A program made the translations under genes and the position numbers. Below are positions 50,601 through 51,727 of a DNA stretch of 51,727 bases, one piece after another. The DNA lies in the NCBI GenBank assembly GCA_002104905.1, contig MCFE01000627.1, forward strand, positions 1-51,727, written 5' to 3'. The notes under the pieces are model-generated. The model worked only from the letters and a program-made list of their open reading frames with translations, ran no database searches and had not been told where the DNA came from. Position 1 is the first letter of the stretch, and each line of letters begins with the position of its first letter. This stretch comes from Basidiobolus meristosporus CBS 931.73. Taxonomy: Eukaryota > Fungi > Basidiobolomycota.

Positions 50601-51727
50601 GTAGCCAAAGGATACTCTCAAACAAAAGGACTTGACTATACTGAGACCTTTGCACTGGTAGCCAAGTTTAATTCCATCAGATTAATATTGGCTATTGCAG
50701 CCAAATATAAGTTTTTTATTCATCAAATGGATGTAAAAACTGCATTTTTGAATGGAGAACTTGATGAGGACGTGTATATGGACCAGCCTGATGGGTTTGT
50801 TGACCAAGATAACCCCCATTTGGTCTGCAAGCTTAAAAAGTCACTATATGGTCTCAAACAATCACCGAGAGCCTGGAATTGCAAGATAGATTCTTATTTG
50901 GAATCTTTGAGTTTCAAAAGGAGTAATGCTGACTATAGTATATACTATAAGCCAGACAGAGCAAATCCAGTTCTATTAGCTCTATATGTGGATGATCTTA
51001 TTATAGCCACCAATAACCTAGAAACATTGGAAGAGACTAAATCCAGCCTATCTAAGGAGTTCAAGATGTCCGATCTAGGAGAACTTAGTTACTACTTAGG
51101 GATTAAGTTCTCCATAGACAGAAGTACCCAGACTATTACCCTAAGCCAATCCAAGTATATTCAAGATATACTAAAGAAGTACAAAATGGAAGACTGTAAA
51201 CCGGCAGCTACCCCAATGGAGACAAACCTTAACTTGGTCAAAACTCAACCAAATCAAGAGAGCTTGGTGCCATCTGAAAGCCCTGACTTTCCTTATCAGT
51301 CTATGGTCAGCAGTCTGATGCATATCATGCTTGGAACACGTCCAGATATCTCATATTCAGTGGGAGTTGTCAGCCAACATAATCAGAACTATGGATCTGA
51401 TCATATTGCAGCAGTTAAGCAGATTTTTAGATACCTAAAAGGAACTGCTGATATTTGCTTAAGATACACTTATAAGGACTTCAGAACAAGATCTTGTGGG
51501 ATACTCTGATGCTGATTGGGACAAAATTTGGAAGACAGAAGATCCACCACAGGATACACCTTTCTTTACTGTAAAGGAGCAATTTCATGGAATTCAAGAA
51601 AGCAACCAACCGTAGCACTTTCTACTACAGAGGCAGAGTATATGGCAGCCAGTGAAGCTACAAAAGAATAGCAATGTGGTTAAGAAAGCTCTTTACAGAT
51701 TTAGGCCTATGTCAAAAAACGCCTATT
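47645..51727 (+). mobile_element. Ty1/Copia element C2, running off the window end (5' LTR 47645-47993)
   Basis: 349-bp LTR, PBS GGTTATGAGCCC (47994-48005), then gag, protease, integrase, RT and RNase H in copia order. Confidence 0.96.
48025..51727 (+). pseudogene. C2 gag-pol with scattered stops and frameshifts
   Basis: KLDGSN*KVWK, WYIDSGASQH, LWHRRFGH, HSDLCGP, SDNGGEY, QMDVKTAFLNG, LYVDDLII, GYSDADW. Confidence 0.93.

Overview
This is eukaryotic, AT-rich, strongly CpG-depleted DNA made almost entirely of nested and decayed transposable elements. I found no intact host gene, RNA gene or CRISPR array. Contents: (1) Three copies of one compact Ty3/Gypsy family on the minus strand (A ~15955-20682, B 23835-28771, C 38904-47591) plus two solo LTRs of that family; it has 368-bp LTRs, an ancestrally single gag-pol ORF, a tRNA-iMet acceptor-end PBS, no chromodomain and 4-bp TSDs. 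(2) Several Ty1/Copia elements primed by the half-tRNA-iMet PBS GGTTATGAGCCC: C1 39408-43378 with an in-frame deletion of the RT core, C2 47645 to the window end, C3 32369-35669 with near-identical LTRs around a non-coding interior, and older relics. (3) Solo LTRs of three further families. (4) Four remnants of a two-gene CACTA/EnSpm-like element whose end, CCCTACGAGAAA, resembles the En/Spm TIR. (5) One near-intact IS5/PIF-Harbinger-like DDE_Tnp_4 transposase. (6) A G-rich TAAAGGGG higher-order minisatellite. The PBS implies a U33-type initiator tRNA, which points to a fungal or protist host (inference). The strongest leads are the apparently non-autonomous copia C3, the Gypsy family's apparently mosaic RT/integrase with 4-bp TSDs, and a sharp CpG boundary at the left edge. 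I found no convincing non-TE novel system. All counts and identities were made by eye.
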